From Catajapyx aquilonaris (lineage: Eukaryota): a stretch of 64,000 bases of DNA. Position numbers and translations under genes: made by a program. The notes beneath the pieces were generated by a model that was not told where the DNA came from, did not search any database, and worked only from the letters and a program-made list of their open reading frames with translations. Positions within the stretch are counted from its first letter, which is position 1, and each line of letters opens with the position of its first letter. The stretch is from positions 124,001-188,000 of the forward strand of contig KZ537974.1 of NCBI GenBank assembly GCA_000934665.2, written 5' to 3'. Below are positions 29,101-43,500 of this stretch, piece after piece.

Positions 29101-32100
29101 CTCCTCCCCATCTCCCTCCAGACTTAGTCCCCTTCGATCAAAGCACGTCGCCAAGTTGTCGCAACAGCATCTTTTTCCAAGCAAGGCTCTGTTCTCTCAT
29201 GGGGCCATGTCGGGAAGATTGGGGCAGGTCCCAGGCTCCGGTAAACGGGGTAATCCGGATAGGGAAATGGTGCCAAGGGAGGTTGCAGCACCAGGTTCCC
29301 TCTGGAATGAAAATGGCCTAGAGTTAATCGCGCTCTATGAGTGCTGACTGACAGGCGGACAATATCAATTAGCCGGATTGCTAGTTGGCTGCGTCTTCTT
29401 TTGTTCTTGCTAGCGACCCGGATTATTTTTCCGGGGAGATCACAAAGAAGGTCTCGCCCACGAAGAATAAGGGCTTTTCTTGCTTGCTTTTTTGCTGCAT
29501 TGTGCTCCGGAATATTAATCCTGCCAGTGTGCCTCTATATATTCATTACGGCCTTGGAGTGTATGCAGCGGGCTTGAAAATCCCCGGAAAATAGGATTTC
29601 GCACTAGGGGAGCTTGCAGTGTCCTTCGAAGGGTTTCATCCATAATTATAAATAATGCGGAGATTTAACCGAGTCAATCCAAGCCTTTTCATTGTTGCGT
29701 ATGCCCGCATCAACCACCGCTCATTACGGGTCAATCACACTTTTTTTTTTCTTCTTGCAGGATCTATTTTATCATGGGGGCGATTTACTTCCAATTCCCG
29801 GAGAAAAGCCAGGCGACCGTGATTTATGAGCAGGTCCCCGCTAATTACACGACTTGTCCCCATTTGTCACCGCAGGCTCGAATCAACACATAGGATGCTT
29901 CTGAAACTCCAGACCTAATTAGCTGGGCAGAGCTGTTCATCACATCTACCCAATATGCCTTAAGTGAGCTCTGGGCTTGTCAAAAACTCGATCGCCGCTG
30001 GGCGCCAACTTTTGTCAGCTTTTATTTCGTAATTGACAAAAGCAGCTTTTCCGGGCCGACGACGTGAGCTAGTTAATGATAGAGGAGGAGGAATAATTCA
30101 TAGGCAGGAGGCGGTACCATCTAAGAGAATCGCTTGTATATATGCGCCCCACGTTGAAGCCATGCTTTTGATTTACGTTTCTGAAAAAGTCCCCGTGATT
30201 AACGTCCCCACCTGCACCGTTCTCTTAAGTCTGGTTCCAATTTGATGGTAGACATTTCCAGGGGAATTGAAACCCAGCTAGTTTTAACCTGGGAGATGCC
30301 TGATCTGGTCGGGAGGCCGCTTCTAAGATGATTAAGCCTCCGGCATGCCAAGAAGCGACTCTTCGGGCTTCATTACCGACTCGGCCCGGCAACCTTAACC
30401 TCATTATATTTATACGAGCTAGCAGGTCCTCTCCATGAATAGCAAGCGAGCAAGCGGGGGCCAAAGGCAGAGAGGGCGGGGGACTTGGCGAGGGCTTTCC
30501 CGCCAGAGAGAATCCATTCATCCCCGAGAGGTTTGCAAAGTCGCTCGCCGACGTTTTCGCCGCTCGTCAAGGAGCTTGCAAAGTCCGCTTTTCTTGCTCT
30601 TAGGTTCTCCTCTCACCCCCCAGCTTTTGCAACGCAAACAGATCCTTTCGCCGACTTGGCCGATTATTCCGAAACGCACTCTGGGAATTAATGTCGAGCC
30701 AACACTTGACACCTCAGCCCTTTCTCGCCATGGGCTCAAACAGGCCTAACTTGTGCATAGTTTCCTCCATATATGCTGTAGCCTACTCAAAAGTGTGGCC
30801 TAAGTTGTCACGACACTATTCCGAGTCGACATTATATTTTAATGTGAATAATCGCGCTTCACCATGACGAACGAGATGTTTTGATTCATCGTATGCAAAT
30901 TGATGCATAATTACAGTTTTTTCCACACAACTTGATCCAAATTTATTCTGCCGTCTTAAAGACGACGTGCTTAATGCCTGCTGTTCTTGCTTGGGAATAC
31001 AGCGTATTTTTTTCTCTCTCGTTCCTTCTGAGCAAAATCCGTGCAGAAAAGATGAAGATCGGCGTCTAAAAGAGGATTTGGAGGCTTTGCAGGCTCGAAA
31101 AGGAATCCTCCTTCTGCCTAGTCGCCCGTGAGCTGTCATCGCGAGTCTAGAAAATCCGACGAGAAAATCCTGAGTAATTGTAACCGCCCAGAGTACCGTA
31201 TCTCCATGAAGGAGACCTGCCCACGGGCCTGACCTCCCGAGTTTATTATAAGAGAAGAAGATCGCCGGCGCCAGGAAATACGAGCCATGGTCCTAAGCAC
31301 AAAAGCATCGGGGAAGTTTACGGGCGACGTTTCGCGACAGCGAAGCGATGAGAGATAGTCGTAACGCTGCAGGCAATTAAGTATTAAAATTTTCGGGGCC
31401 ATCCTTGGAAAATGTAGGTCGCAAATACGAGTGCGAAGTTGTTCCTCCCACCGTGTTAACCCGGACTAATTAATAAGACTGGAGAAAAGGAGAGCATCGG
31501 AGCGGATTTCGGGCTGTCTGGTGGAAAGGGAATTGAAAAACAAACACATCGTCCCAGCACCGCAAAGGTGTACGACCCTTGGCAAACCCTTATGGACTCT
31601 TTAAAAAATGCGGGCATGTGTGTGTATAGGGCATCGGTGGAAGGAATAATATGCAGCTGGTGTATACTGGAGTCTACTTGTCTAATTTACGGATACTTTT
31701 ACACCCGATGTGTACTACGGGCTGGAAATAATTTATGCATCAGGTTTAATGCATAGCTGATACGTAGCGTGCATTCCCTAAAGGCATGCACAATTGGTGT
31801 GGCTTCCAGGCATGTTGCTTGGCAACTCGAGGATCCGGTCGGACATGAATTGCGGTGTGTCGTTACATTAGTTCTCGAACTCAAATGACCTGGGAATTGT
31901 GGACTCATCCGTCATTACCATATGCTTAAAAATGAACCTCATTTAGTTCGTAGTTAAGACACATCCACATTATATTGGGAACAATTCTGACATACATTGC
32001 AGTACAATGCGTCGGACCGAATTATAATAGAATCGGTTGCATTTCAAATGGGAAGCGAAACGAGAATGGGCATGTAACTGGTGGGATTACAAACCCAATT

Positions 32101-35100
32101 CCTTTCCTTGTCCAATTTCATACTAAACCTAATCACAGGGCTTCCAGGAACTTAATCGATCTCGCTCATGCGACTCGGAGTCAAAGTGATTTCTCAGTGG
32201 TACCTTTTTTTTAAAGTGAGCCCCCCTACCGATTGGTAGATTATTGCTAGCATTTAACGGAAAAGATTGGAAACTGCGGGTTTCGACTTTTTCATTAACG
32301 GCGATCTTTACGTTGGGAAGGTTTTTTCCCGGCTCTCTTGCCACTATATTGGCTTTCATGAATGTTTCATCCGGACTGTTGGATGGAGGTGAGGAAAACG
32401 AAATGGGCAGTGCTAGTGGCCCCCATTCGGCCCATTCCTCTCTTCAGGAGAAAGAAAAAAAGATTAGGGGAACGGGCCTTCTCGGTCGAAAAGCGTACGT
32501 TGGGAATAAGGCCGAGTGAGTATCTAGAGAGAGTCGATATCGCCCCGTTTCTTTTGGTTTCTTTACTCCCTTACCTCCAACCCCACTTTTTTTTTTCGTC
32601 TTGGGTCCAAATGTCAGCTGCCGTTCAACGTTCCATTTTTGGGGCTGATGGAATGGAACCAGTCCTATTTTCCTCTCGTGCCGGGATTTTTTTTCTGCCA
32701 TTTTCTGGGAGATGGAAGTAGGATTTTGAGGGAGAATCCTGAGCGCGTTATTATGAGAGAGGGCTGGACCCCCTTTTCCTTTTTCACTATGCACGGCCCT
32801 TTTGGGATTCTAGGTATGCATTTCGTCCGGTTCCAATTAGGTGCCCATATTGCGCCATGGGGGTTTTTTTAAAAATTCGTGACCTGATTTTTTTTCTAGG
32901 CTATATACCTGTTGCTGTGGATGGTTGTTGACAAAGGCGCAGAGAGTAGATGTGGCTGTTAGGTTGTTCAACCCATCCCTAGAGAGAGGAAATGTTTTCC
33001 TATGACCTTAAGCACCACCCAGTAACATGCAAATGACATCACTGGCGCCCCCTAGTTTTCACCCCCCCCTTCACTTATAGATCCGCGCTAACTGTCCCAG
33101 GCCCCCCTGGGCGCGCAGAGTAGCTAGGCGCATGGGGGAGAAGATTAATTAGAGCCATTTCCTGGTCGATTACTCGCATATTAGATCCGAGAGAACTGTC
33201 ACGATAACACTGCCACCTCGCTAGGATTGAAAAATGTCGCAAACTAGGACGGAGGCAGCCGGAAAGTGAAGTGTGAACCGTCTTGGAATTGAGCCGGAGG
33301 AGAAGATGAAACAAGTCAGTTGATGGGCGACATTAACTAAGGAATCTTGTTAAGGAGAGAGTGGAATACCTCGCAAGCCGCAACTTTGGGTATCTCGAGA
33401 TGAAAGCGGGCTCATAATGAAAGGAATGGGCTCTGGTTGGATCAAGGTAGACGACACACACAAAAAAGATCCGGGGAATTAAAGTATACGGGGGAGGTAG
33501 GGTTGGTGACAGGCTCGATCCGGAGTTGAAAAGAAAAATGATCCGGATTTAGGGAGAATGAAAGTGGGTTAATGCGGCTGGGTCATCTGCGGGTTGCGTA
33601 CAAGCCCCACTGACGCTGGTCAAACGAGGCCCAATCATTTTATTTTGGCGAGAGGGAGACCTCGTTAGCTGAGCCTGGCATTGGTCGGACGGAGATCGCT
33701 ACCAATTGGCCAATGATGGCCACCGGATACAGGGACCCGGACTTTGGACTCTAATTGCCGTCGTTCCCGGAGAGAGAACGGCTTGTTTGGAACCAGTTCT
33801 TTCATTCCGCTCCAAAAGAGCCCTTTCCACTGCCAATATTTCCGGTACTGGTCGTGTGTACTGTACGTGAACGCATTTTATGCCTGGTGTTTGTGGGCAA
33901 ACGGCGGCTTGCCTTTTTCTCTGTTGACTGCACTGCACGGGTCAAAGATTATTTTTTGGGGATCCAATTTTGTGAAATCCTTGTTATTAGTCTTTGCCAC
34001 CGTTACTACAGAGGTGAAAACTGAAATCTCGTTGTTTTATGGGATTTGAGCCATTTACTCTCCTCTCTCTGGTGGAGTAGTGCATTGTGAGGCGTATTCA
34101 AATGTAGTTCGCTTGCAGGCAAATGGCTAAACTGAAATCCGCCTTATGAAGTTTCAGGCACTTGCACCCTCTCCCAGTACACAATGGAAAATACTATAGT
34201 AATGCCATATCCCTGAGCCAACTCGGCACTTGCTTCAGATCCCATCATAATAGGCTTCCTAGGCAGATACGATATTGTCTAGGAAACCCTTGAGATAGGC
34301 GGATGCAATATGCACAGTATTGGATCTCCCCGAAATCAATTCCGGATTGGCTGGTCCAGGCCCGGATCAATCGCTTTAGACATGCAGGGATTTTTTTTTG
34401 AGTAGCCAACTTCTTTTAGATTTTTTTTTTTCCTGGAACGAAATTGAAGTGTTGGTGTGGAGTTAGGTGAAAGAGAATCTGGAAGGCGCCTCTTCTCTCC
34501 AGAGAGCAGTTTCGTGTTCCATCTACTTCTGGTAAAACCCCGCCAGCTATCAATTCCGTTGACATCCCAGTGCGGATTGTTCTTGCTGCAGCCACCGCTC
34601 TTTAGCCCTCCTCCCAAAGGACCTAGTCTCATTCTCTTGTCCTGCTTGCTAGCTATTGGCGTTAATCGATCCTGCACATTGCGCAAGCGTCTCTTTGCTT
34701 CCAAGTCTTAACTCCCAAAGTCTTATCCGTCTAATCCCTCTTTATGGCTAAGTGTAGAACTCTGTTGGATTTTGATACCAGGGAGCGAGGTGGTTGTTGG
34801 ACAACAGGTGGAGATTATAGTGCTGGTGTTGCACATTTGCACAATTCATAATTGCAGATTGGCAGGGATTTATGACTGGGTTTTAGAGCACTGTATATTC
34901 CGCGCAGCAGGGTTACAGCTGCACGGCCCGGAATGTGGAATGGGTCCGATCTTTAGGTTTTCACTGGGCCATGCTGTATGTGATACGTGGCATAATTTAC
35001 AACGGCTCTTAGCGGTGCCTACATGCATTCCATGTGTATAATTAATTTTAAGCTCTCGTTAAAAGGGAAAGTGCCACTGATGCGGAAGAAACGGCTTCAT

Positions 35101-38100
35101 TTGCAGTGTCATATTTTTTTCATTAATGCAGTATTCGTGGGAAACTCGCATGAGCGAGCAAAAGGCACGTGAAAATGCCGGAGCGTTTTCCCCAGGTATT
35201 TGGACGAATTAGTAGGGTCAGCCGCAAGAGACCTGGCCCCGGATGGTGAAGGGGTGTTGCGGTTTGTGTGACTGATGGTGACATGAGAAGGCAGGCCAAA
35301 CCGTAATTTTACCATCCCCGTCTCATCCATATCAAAAGGACAAAATGAGGCTTGCACATAGTGTCGGGGCTGATTTGTGCCCGACACTGAGCAAAATGTC
35401 ACCACAACTGGGGACCGGAATCCTTCTCATTTTTTACTCCTCCACTTTTCTGGAAGAGCCGAGAAGAAACGGGCCAGGAATCCTTGAAATCAAATCAGTG
35501 AGAGCTTTCTGTGGATACGAATGGGGGCAGTGACTTTCCGGGACTTGGTCTCCGAAATGGAACATTGGGACACAAAGAATCCGGCAAAGTTATGGAGGGG
35601 ACTAGGAGAGGGAGAGAGAGAGGGAAGGGGAAAAAATGGCGGTGGTCGAAACAAGAAACCGGATCTGGCAACAAGCCCGAACTTGGTGGTGTTCAGCGCG
35701 ATTGGGACCCACCAGAGATCTCCCTTTTGGAGGAAAGAAAATTGTTGTTCCGAGTGTAACTTTCAGATATACAGAGGACTGGAGCTGCGATAAACTTCCC
35801 CAGACACTGTTTCAATTCTCCCGCATTTTTATCGTTTAGTCCTGCTTGGGTGTACCTGGAAGGACTACTGTAGGCTATGGCTAGGTTGTGGCTCATTGTA
35901 CTGTTGGCGTTGGAATGTAGGGTTATTTTCCAGTATGCTTATTGGATTTGCAGCGTAGATTTTTCATCGGCTTTAATTACGGGACAGCTGCGCTTTATCG
36001 GAATGTTCTTAGGATATCGCGGGAGGTTTCCTTTGGTGTGGCTCTATATCTTAGTAGTTTCTTGGTCAGGAATAAGGGATTAGGTAACTCAAGTTGCAGA
36101 CTGTGCAATAAGCTGCATCCTAGCGGAATCCGAGAGATGTTTATTTCATCGGTTACCCACCTCCTCCCCGACTTTGAATCGGTATTTCCATCTCAATGCG
36201 TCTTTGGACTCTCTCCAAGTTCCTTTTGGGAGAGTTGTAAATACTTCTGTCCAGGACTTTTCGACCTAGCTAGTACCACACCGTGTGCAGTTTATTCGCC
36301 AAAATGGAAACCCGGCGTGAACACCTGCTCTAAAATTCCAAAAACACGCAACAGAATGGCGCTCCATTAAATACAACATTCGTAATTTAAACTCGGTATT
36401 CAAACCATGTAATAAAGCTTGGAATAATGCTTTTACAAGAGGGCCACTCTATTTCCATTTAATTCAAAAGCCGCTTCCATATTTCACCAACATTCCTTTT
36501 CCTCTCTCGGAACATGTTACTTCGCCTGTGGTCTGTTTGTGCATCTTTCATCCTTGCTGAGCCCCATAGGCACATACAATCATTGTTTATATTCACAGGT
36601 TCCCCCCTCACCCAACGCCCTCTGGCCTAAACCTTTATTTTTTCATTCGCAGAGACGTTAACCTACATCCTACCCTTTTATACTTTTCCTCCAATGTAAA
36701 CGTGCAGACACTGTAAAATATATATAAAAAAAGAAACGCATACACATGCATAGAGAGTTACTTTGTAGTTCCAACACCATCTCCTGCAGTCACTTTTTTC
36801 CCAACACGAACACAATTTGGACCCGTCTCCTAGAAGTCACTTAAATTTACTCTTTTGTTAGGCTTCCACCTTCCCTCCTGGAGATGTGACTGGAAATTCT
36901 AAAAAAAGGGAAAGGTTCAGTGTGGAACGACACCTGTCGATGTTTGTCCAACTCCGGACATGTCTCCAGAACCGTAATGATCCCGGACTTCAGGGTCCGA
37001 TACCAAAACTAGTCCCAAAGCTTTCGTACATTTTTATTCTCCCACCAGCTGTGCACCCTAATTACTGCAGTATTCCATGAGCAGATGGCTAATTGGAACT
37101 TCCGACTGCCTAGTATCTGGTCACACGTTTTCCGTCCGCTCCAAACCCTACCCCCATGCTCTGAATTACTTTAAAGCTTGGAGCAACCTGGATATTCTTG
37201 CGGGCAGAAAGGTATTTATATGCGGTAAAACCTGGTTTTAACGAGCCAGGATTAGTTGGGACTTTGTTTGCAAAGTTTGGAGGGTTGTTTTTTTTTACTG
37301 AGTGAAGGACCGCGATATGATCGCATTTATTGCGAATAAATGTGGCCGTTACCAGGAGTAATGTTTTTCTAGGTTACTTTTTAAATACCTGGCCAGATTG
37401 TGTGCAGTTTTTTTTCGGGTGGTAACGTGCGGTGAAGGCAACCGGAAAATTATTTTGAAACTTGCTCCAAGAGCTTGCCAGCAGCTAGATATCACTGTAA
37501 TGAAACCGATCGTTTAACTGGTGCGCTCAACCTACCTGAATAATGCGGATTTTATTGACGGATCAGTACAGAAAATCCATAAAAATATTTTTGGCCTTCT
37601 TATGGTTAACAGCGGATCAGGACGTTTTATTGGGCTATAAATTCCAAAATCCCCCGGTTATTTCGCTTCAGGCCGTTTTTTAGTTGTTGCCGAATCAGTG
37701 ACGCACATGTTTGATCGTGATCCGAGATGTTGTAGTGGTATAGAAATTTTCAATTCATCTGAACTTCTTTTTCTAAATAAGTACCTGCCAATGTGTGACA
37801 TTAAGTACGATCTAGTCGTTCCAATAAATAGGAGCATCCTCGAGTAGACACCGATAACACGGCCGTGCCTGACAGGAAAGGAGGACGGAAGCGGCGTCCT
37901 TTAGCACACAATCAGAGCATAAAGCCTCGTCGCATCTTGTATGAATTTAGATGGAGCATCATCAAGGGATCTAATTGAAAATGGCCGCAAGTCAGCGGCG
38001 AATTGGATTTCTCTCCATAACTAAGGTGCAGGAGCTGTCTGGAATATTAAGGAGGTAAAGGAGGAAGCCTCTCTCACACACACTAATGCCCAGGAGGAGT

Positions 38101-39087
38101 AATCACAAAGCAGGCAGAATCCTCAAGGAGACAATCGACACTTTTATCAGAGCTTGCTTGGTGAGGAGTTTTCATCCACAAAAAAATAGTCTCCTTCTAG
38201 CCAGACTCTCTCCGAGTGACAAATGGACAAACTTTTGACAAGCAGACAACTTTCCTTGCTGGAGTAAGGGGAGAAGAGGAAGTTACCCTCTTTTGCTATT
38301 GTAATCCCAATCACGAGCCTGCTTATCGCCCCTGCGGATCTCTTGGTATGCGAAGAAGCGTCCGGTTAAAAGTACGGAGGAAAAGCCGCTCACTTCACCT
38401 TCTGCTACCCACCAATTGATCTAATTAGCGGCCCCAGGGAGCTGGAAGGAGTCGAAAAGTAAATAAACGGTGGAGGTGAAAAAACAGAGTGAAAACACTC
38501 AGTGTAGGGAAGTGTACTTGTAGAGTTTTTGTTGCCACTTTCTGGTTACCTCTATATGTAGCAGTAACTTCTTTCAGAACTATTCTACTTAAAAGTAACC
38601 TGGAGTAAACTTGATAAAATGTGTCTTTTGTTCGTGTGTAATAAAATAGTGAATGTCGAAAATGAAAATACTGTGACATACAGGTACAGCTTTTTGTTCA
38701 TACTTACAACAGTAGTCCTCTGCCAGTTTTTGCGACGTACATGCCCCTCGGGTTCCGGAGACTCCAGAATTTCCCTTGCCTTTTCTTGAATTAGTACTAT
38801 CGCATTTTCCTGGGAGGAGCCTTGGGACCTCCTTCCAGCAGCATGACAGCTATTTGAAAGTAATTCCTATTGCATCAGGGCACCAAACTCAATTGATGGC
38901 TCCCTGAAACCCCCAGGACTGACGGCGCGCAGTAGAAAATCCCCCTTTGTATTTGCAACCCGGACTCGCTTATCCCATTTGACTCCTCCGGCGGATATCT
39001 CCAGAGGAATGGAAAAGCGACCAATATGGTCAAGTGAATCGATCGGGAATTGGAGCCACACATAGATAGAACCCAGTGCGACCCGAG

Positions 39088-39107
39088 ACTCTCTCTCTCT
39101 CTCTCTC
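39088..39107. repeat. Short (CT)n microsatellite
   Basis: About 10 CT units read directly. Confidence 0.8.
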
Positions 39108-40393
39108 AGAATGAATTCCCCTAGACGTTGAGAATGAATTCTCCCGGAATGGGACTAGTCTGGGATTAGTGCTTGGCAGACAAAAGCCCTGGGTTCCTGG
39201 GGCAGATAAACTGCGAGTCTTATACCCCCCCCGTACTAATGTGTACGTATGGGCTGCAGGTTCTAGGATTTGCTGTGCCTGTCCTCAAGTGCTGGACATA
39301 TTCCTCTTTTCCACTCCGGGGAATTGTCTCTCCGGATTGTTTACTCGGGTGTAGAGGAAAATGAAGCAAGCTTGGACCGTCCGAAGCTTGCTGACCACGA
39401 TGCATGCCACCTAGGCTCAATAATTAATTAGGAGTTTGGGAAGCTGGAGGTCTAGGAACTTCCGTATTTAACCGAACTCATTATTAATTAGCGTCGACTC
39501 TGAAAGGTTTTGGAAATGATGACATACCCTTTTTTACGTCGTGTAAGGGTTACTGTACTCTGAAAAAAAGTTTGTAACTAGGCCAAGGCATTACCTTAGC
39601 AATGAAATCCAATCAGTCCTGGTACTGGTAAACATTGAAGCGTACGGTGAGGACGCGGCTCACAATTTTTTATAGCTTCGGTTACAGAGTGAGTTGACGA
39701 TCGTCGCATTTGCCGCGCTCGCGAGCAAAAACCGGGCCGTAATTTTTGTCCGCAAAATCCATTAGGTAGGAAATACTGTGCATGCAAACAAAAACGTGAG
39801 CCACCGTCCTTGCCGCACATCCCCGCGGATTTTTTTGATCGTTGAATTATGCCGCGATGTTACTAGAGGAGTTGAGGAATAAGCGCAGCAGTTGCCGCTC
39901 GATTTTTGTATATATATATTTTAGCTGTTATTACGTGATGACCGTCCTGCTGTCATGGGGGGAAACGCCATTTGGGTTTTTCCCGAGCCTCCGGTGTACA
40001 TTGCACTTGCGAGCCTTGCTGGATCCTAATGAATGTACCACAATGGAAGCGACAGTAAAACACCACTGTATGCTAACGTTTTGTCCCAGTTCAAAACTGT
40101 CTTCACATCACTCCGAGCTCGTATTGACTTTTTTTTATATATAGTTAAACATAGCGAGCGGGGGACCCCCATATGTTTGGAATGGAGCTGGAAAAGCAAA
40201 AGCCATTTGTTTTCTAAGCCTCCATCATTTTTGGGGGGATGTGTTTTCTCTGTACAGTGCATTCAGCTGAGCTATTCCTGTACCCTCATTTGGTACCGTC
40301 TGTTTGACATTACAAGATGCCACAGGTTTTTTTGGGGGGGATATTCATCCGATTTACATGCATGTCTAACCATCTACTTCTCTCTTGTTCCAG

Positions 40394-40509
40394 CTTCCCG
40401 GATTCGATATGAGATCACAAGGGGTAACATAGGAGGAGCGTTCGCTGTGAAGAACATGACCGGGGCCATCTACGTGGCAGGGCCCCTCGACTACGAGACC
40501 AGGAAGAGA
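40394..40509 (+). CDS. CadN: CadN exon A, internal part of a cadherin repeat (SRIRYEITRGNIGGAFAVKNMTGAIYVAGPLDYETRKR)
   Basis: Acceptor ttctctcttgttccag| with upstream ctaac; donor AGA|gtgagt; phase 1 to 0; LDYE calcium motif. Confidence 0.93.
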
Positions 40510-43500
40510 GTGAGTACCATTCTTCCCTGAGAAATCATAATGTAACAGAAGCTGTTGTCGGGAAGGAGCCAAGAAGAAGAAAGACACGACTTTCAGTGCA
40601 GCAGAAAGGAAATGAAAGCAGCTGCCAACCCGGCGTCTATCTCAAGCCTCCACACAACTTGTGGGGAGCAATGACTCTAGGGGGAAGGAGAGACCTAGGT
40701 CGATACCAAATCCGGGGTCTCTTTGTCAGTCGGGCTTTTCCGACCTGTGACTTAGCCTGGTTTCGTCCGGGAGGCATAATGGAGTCATTGTGTCTCTAAT
40801 AAGCTCGATCTGGAATTATCTTTGTCGCTTGGAAGTAAGAATGGGAGTAACGTTCCTCCGCAGTCTGGCATCTTTTTTGTCTTGTATGGCACACACCTTC
40901 TGGAGGTTCATCAAGGCGGCATTGTCTGCTTGTCTGGCTATCTCTCGTCTGCGAGCCATTGTCGGCAGGCATTGTGGCTAAGTAGACATTATCGGGTGAG
41001 AAAGGCTGAAGGATGTGAGTAGGACTTTTGGTGCACCAGAAACTGCGAAACTTACTGAGGGAAAAATTTTCAGTTCCAAATTTGCCCGAAAAAAGCGAAC
41101 TGCTTGAAATTCATTTTTAATGCATGGACGCGTCAGTTTTGGCTCGAAACAAAAACATGCAGCCTCAGCCTGCCATGGCTTCAACACCCTTTCATCTCAT
41201 CGCTGAAAAATCACCATATTTTTTTAATGCGTACCGGTGGGAAAGCGCAGAGGCAGAAATTATTGAGGAGGTCATGGCCATTATCTGTTGCTGCCGAACA
41301 GCGCTTAGCTTTTGTGCCCCATATCTCCCGTCTATTCAGATTTTTTTTTGGCGTTTTGGGGGTGGGGGTGGGGGGGGGGGGTGGGAGAGTGTCGCACGTT
41401 AAATTGATGTTTGAGACCGAGTGCAGATATGGTTTTATGGTCGAAGCATGGTACCAGTGACTAATGAGAGATGCAGGCCGATATGATTGTATTGGAAATG
41501 AAGGCTGCAGGCGGTCAAAAAACTGCTGTTAGTTTAATTTTTTATTAAAGCGGATTACAGCGTATGATTGCTATACAATGCACCTGAATGGTAAATGTAT
41601 GTTTCTACATTTCAGACTGGTAGCATTATTTATACCTTCGAAAATCATGTTTGCTCTTCGCTTTCAGATTCAATGCATTTGAAAAACTCGGGGAGTTCAC
41701 TGCTCTTTTTATTCTTGTGGTCATGACGACGACCTGCATTCTATACAGCCTTTTCTACCCACCACCTTGTTACCAAGCCCTGACAAAAAAGCGGATGAAG
41801 TACAACTTGCAAGTAGCACTTGCCAATTTGAAATAATTATGTGCGCTTCCTTTTGCTTCTCTGGCTTCAGATCGTTGAAGTGTACTTAATCCGAGTGGGC
41901 TGAAGTAACTTTTATTGTTAGTTGAAAGTTGCTCCAGCAGTTCATATTTACTTGCCAGGAGATTTTTACTTAGAAAAAAAAAGTAGAAAGAGGGAGAGTT
42001 CGACGCAGATGAATCCCTAATGCTGGAAAATGGCATTACCCAACGAAAAGTTTTTCTCTGAAAAGTTGCTTGACCTAATTTCCAAGCTTTGAGAACCCAC
42101 CCCTTTTCGAGGGGTGGTTCCTTCCTCTCACATATATAAAAGGCGAGACTTTTATCCTCCGATTCCTTGTCCGGGCAAAAGTTGAGAGTTGGCCATCACA
42201 ACGAGATTCAGGCAGGCGGAAAAATGGAGTCTGCTTCTTCTCCTCTCTTTTCCTTCGAATGCGTAGCGATATATTTCTCTTTTTTTTCCCCAGGTCTCCT
42301 TCCATCTGTCTCTTTCCATGTGTCCTTCCAAGTTGGGGGACCAGACTTTCTTGACCCTGCCAAATGGGAAAAGGCAAGGTGTGGCAGGCGAAAAAGAAAG
42401 AGAGATATTGGATTTATAACTCCCTTTTTTGTGTGTGTGCAGTTCCCAAGACGGGGAAAGATCCCGATGAACCCGGTGAATTATATTCAGCGGAAGTTTC
42501 TCTCGCTTGTTAAGCAACACCGTCTGCAATTGAAATATGGGCCTAGAATTTTTCTTATTCTCTTGCTTCAGTCTGCGTCGCATTAGGCTTGGTGGAAGAT
42601 CCGCTTTTTTTATATCCCCAGATCTCTAGTGATTGAAACTGCTGAGTTGAGATCATGCGAATTCTGTGTTTAATTGCGATCTTTTTTTGCGAGCGAAATT
42701 TGGAGAGAAAAATGAGCATCTGTTCTACCAGGAAGAAAAGGGAGACGTTAAGATGTCGGATAGGCTAATAATGACGTGGATGGGGGAGCTAGAATCTGCA
42801 CTTTCTTCCGTGCTCCCTTCCTGCAGAAAGAGACTAATGGGATCCATATTGCTCCTCCTCTCCGGCTCTGAATCGAATGAAAGGAGCATCACTTATGAAA
42901 GGAGCCCCGGAATTTCTTTTACCGCCCTTTCCACCATTACTCTCTCTTTTTTTTTTTTACTTTCGTGGCTCTACCATTGCCAAGTGGATTTAGCTTATTT
43001 TGCAGGTATGGCCTGAAAACACCCATAGAAATGTCGAGTAGAATGCTGCAGTTTTTATAATAAAAAGTGTAGTGTACTCTAGCTGATATTAGCGTCATTT
43101 AGTTGAATTACTGGTGCAGTGGCAGGGCCAATTTAAAATTTTAATGAGTCCATGCATAAAATATTGGTTTGCTATAGATTGTTAGATTGGGTTACATGCC
43201 CGAGGTAATCTGGTAACAATGACGATCATGAAACGTTGATGAGAGCCGTGGGGCAGGAATTAAAGGCGATAGTAAGACATCGGTGACCTGAATTCCGTCA
43301 TATGACAGTCACTGCAGGTATTCGCGAAAGGGAGCCAATACATAATTTAGGTTGCGAAAGACGAACGTGTCTGGATTGTGTCTGCAGTATAAGTTACACG
43401 CTTCGGCACTTGCGCCCGTCGAGAGGTAAAGCCTCGAGCATAACCAAAGACAGGTTTGGAACATATTCGTGAAACCCCCCAGAAAAGCCCTTTTAGCCAT

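Larger units (their letters stand above)
1..40393 (+). other. Probable single giant intron of the cadherin gene (at least 40.4 kb)
   Basis: Exon A starts mid-repeat in phase 1, so an upstream exon must exist. I saw no cadherin-like peptide in the ORF track or by eye in 1-40393. A short exon could have been missed. Confidence 0.65.

Noticed and set aside
29741..29833. Strong acceptor (ttttttttcttcttgcag) suggesting a cryptic exon
   Set aside because: No cadherin-like translation and only a poor downstream donor (GTCCCC).
33039..33058. CTCF-like motif (reverse strand CTAGGGGGCGCCAGTG)
   Set aside because: Lacks the 5' CC of the core, is a single hit, and similar strings occur in transposon ends.
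35136..35171. Su(H) site CGTGGGAA next to E-box GGCACGTG
   Set aside because: One site of each is within chance expectation for 64 kb; no paired Su(H) arrangement seen.
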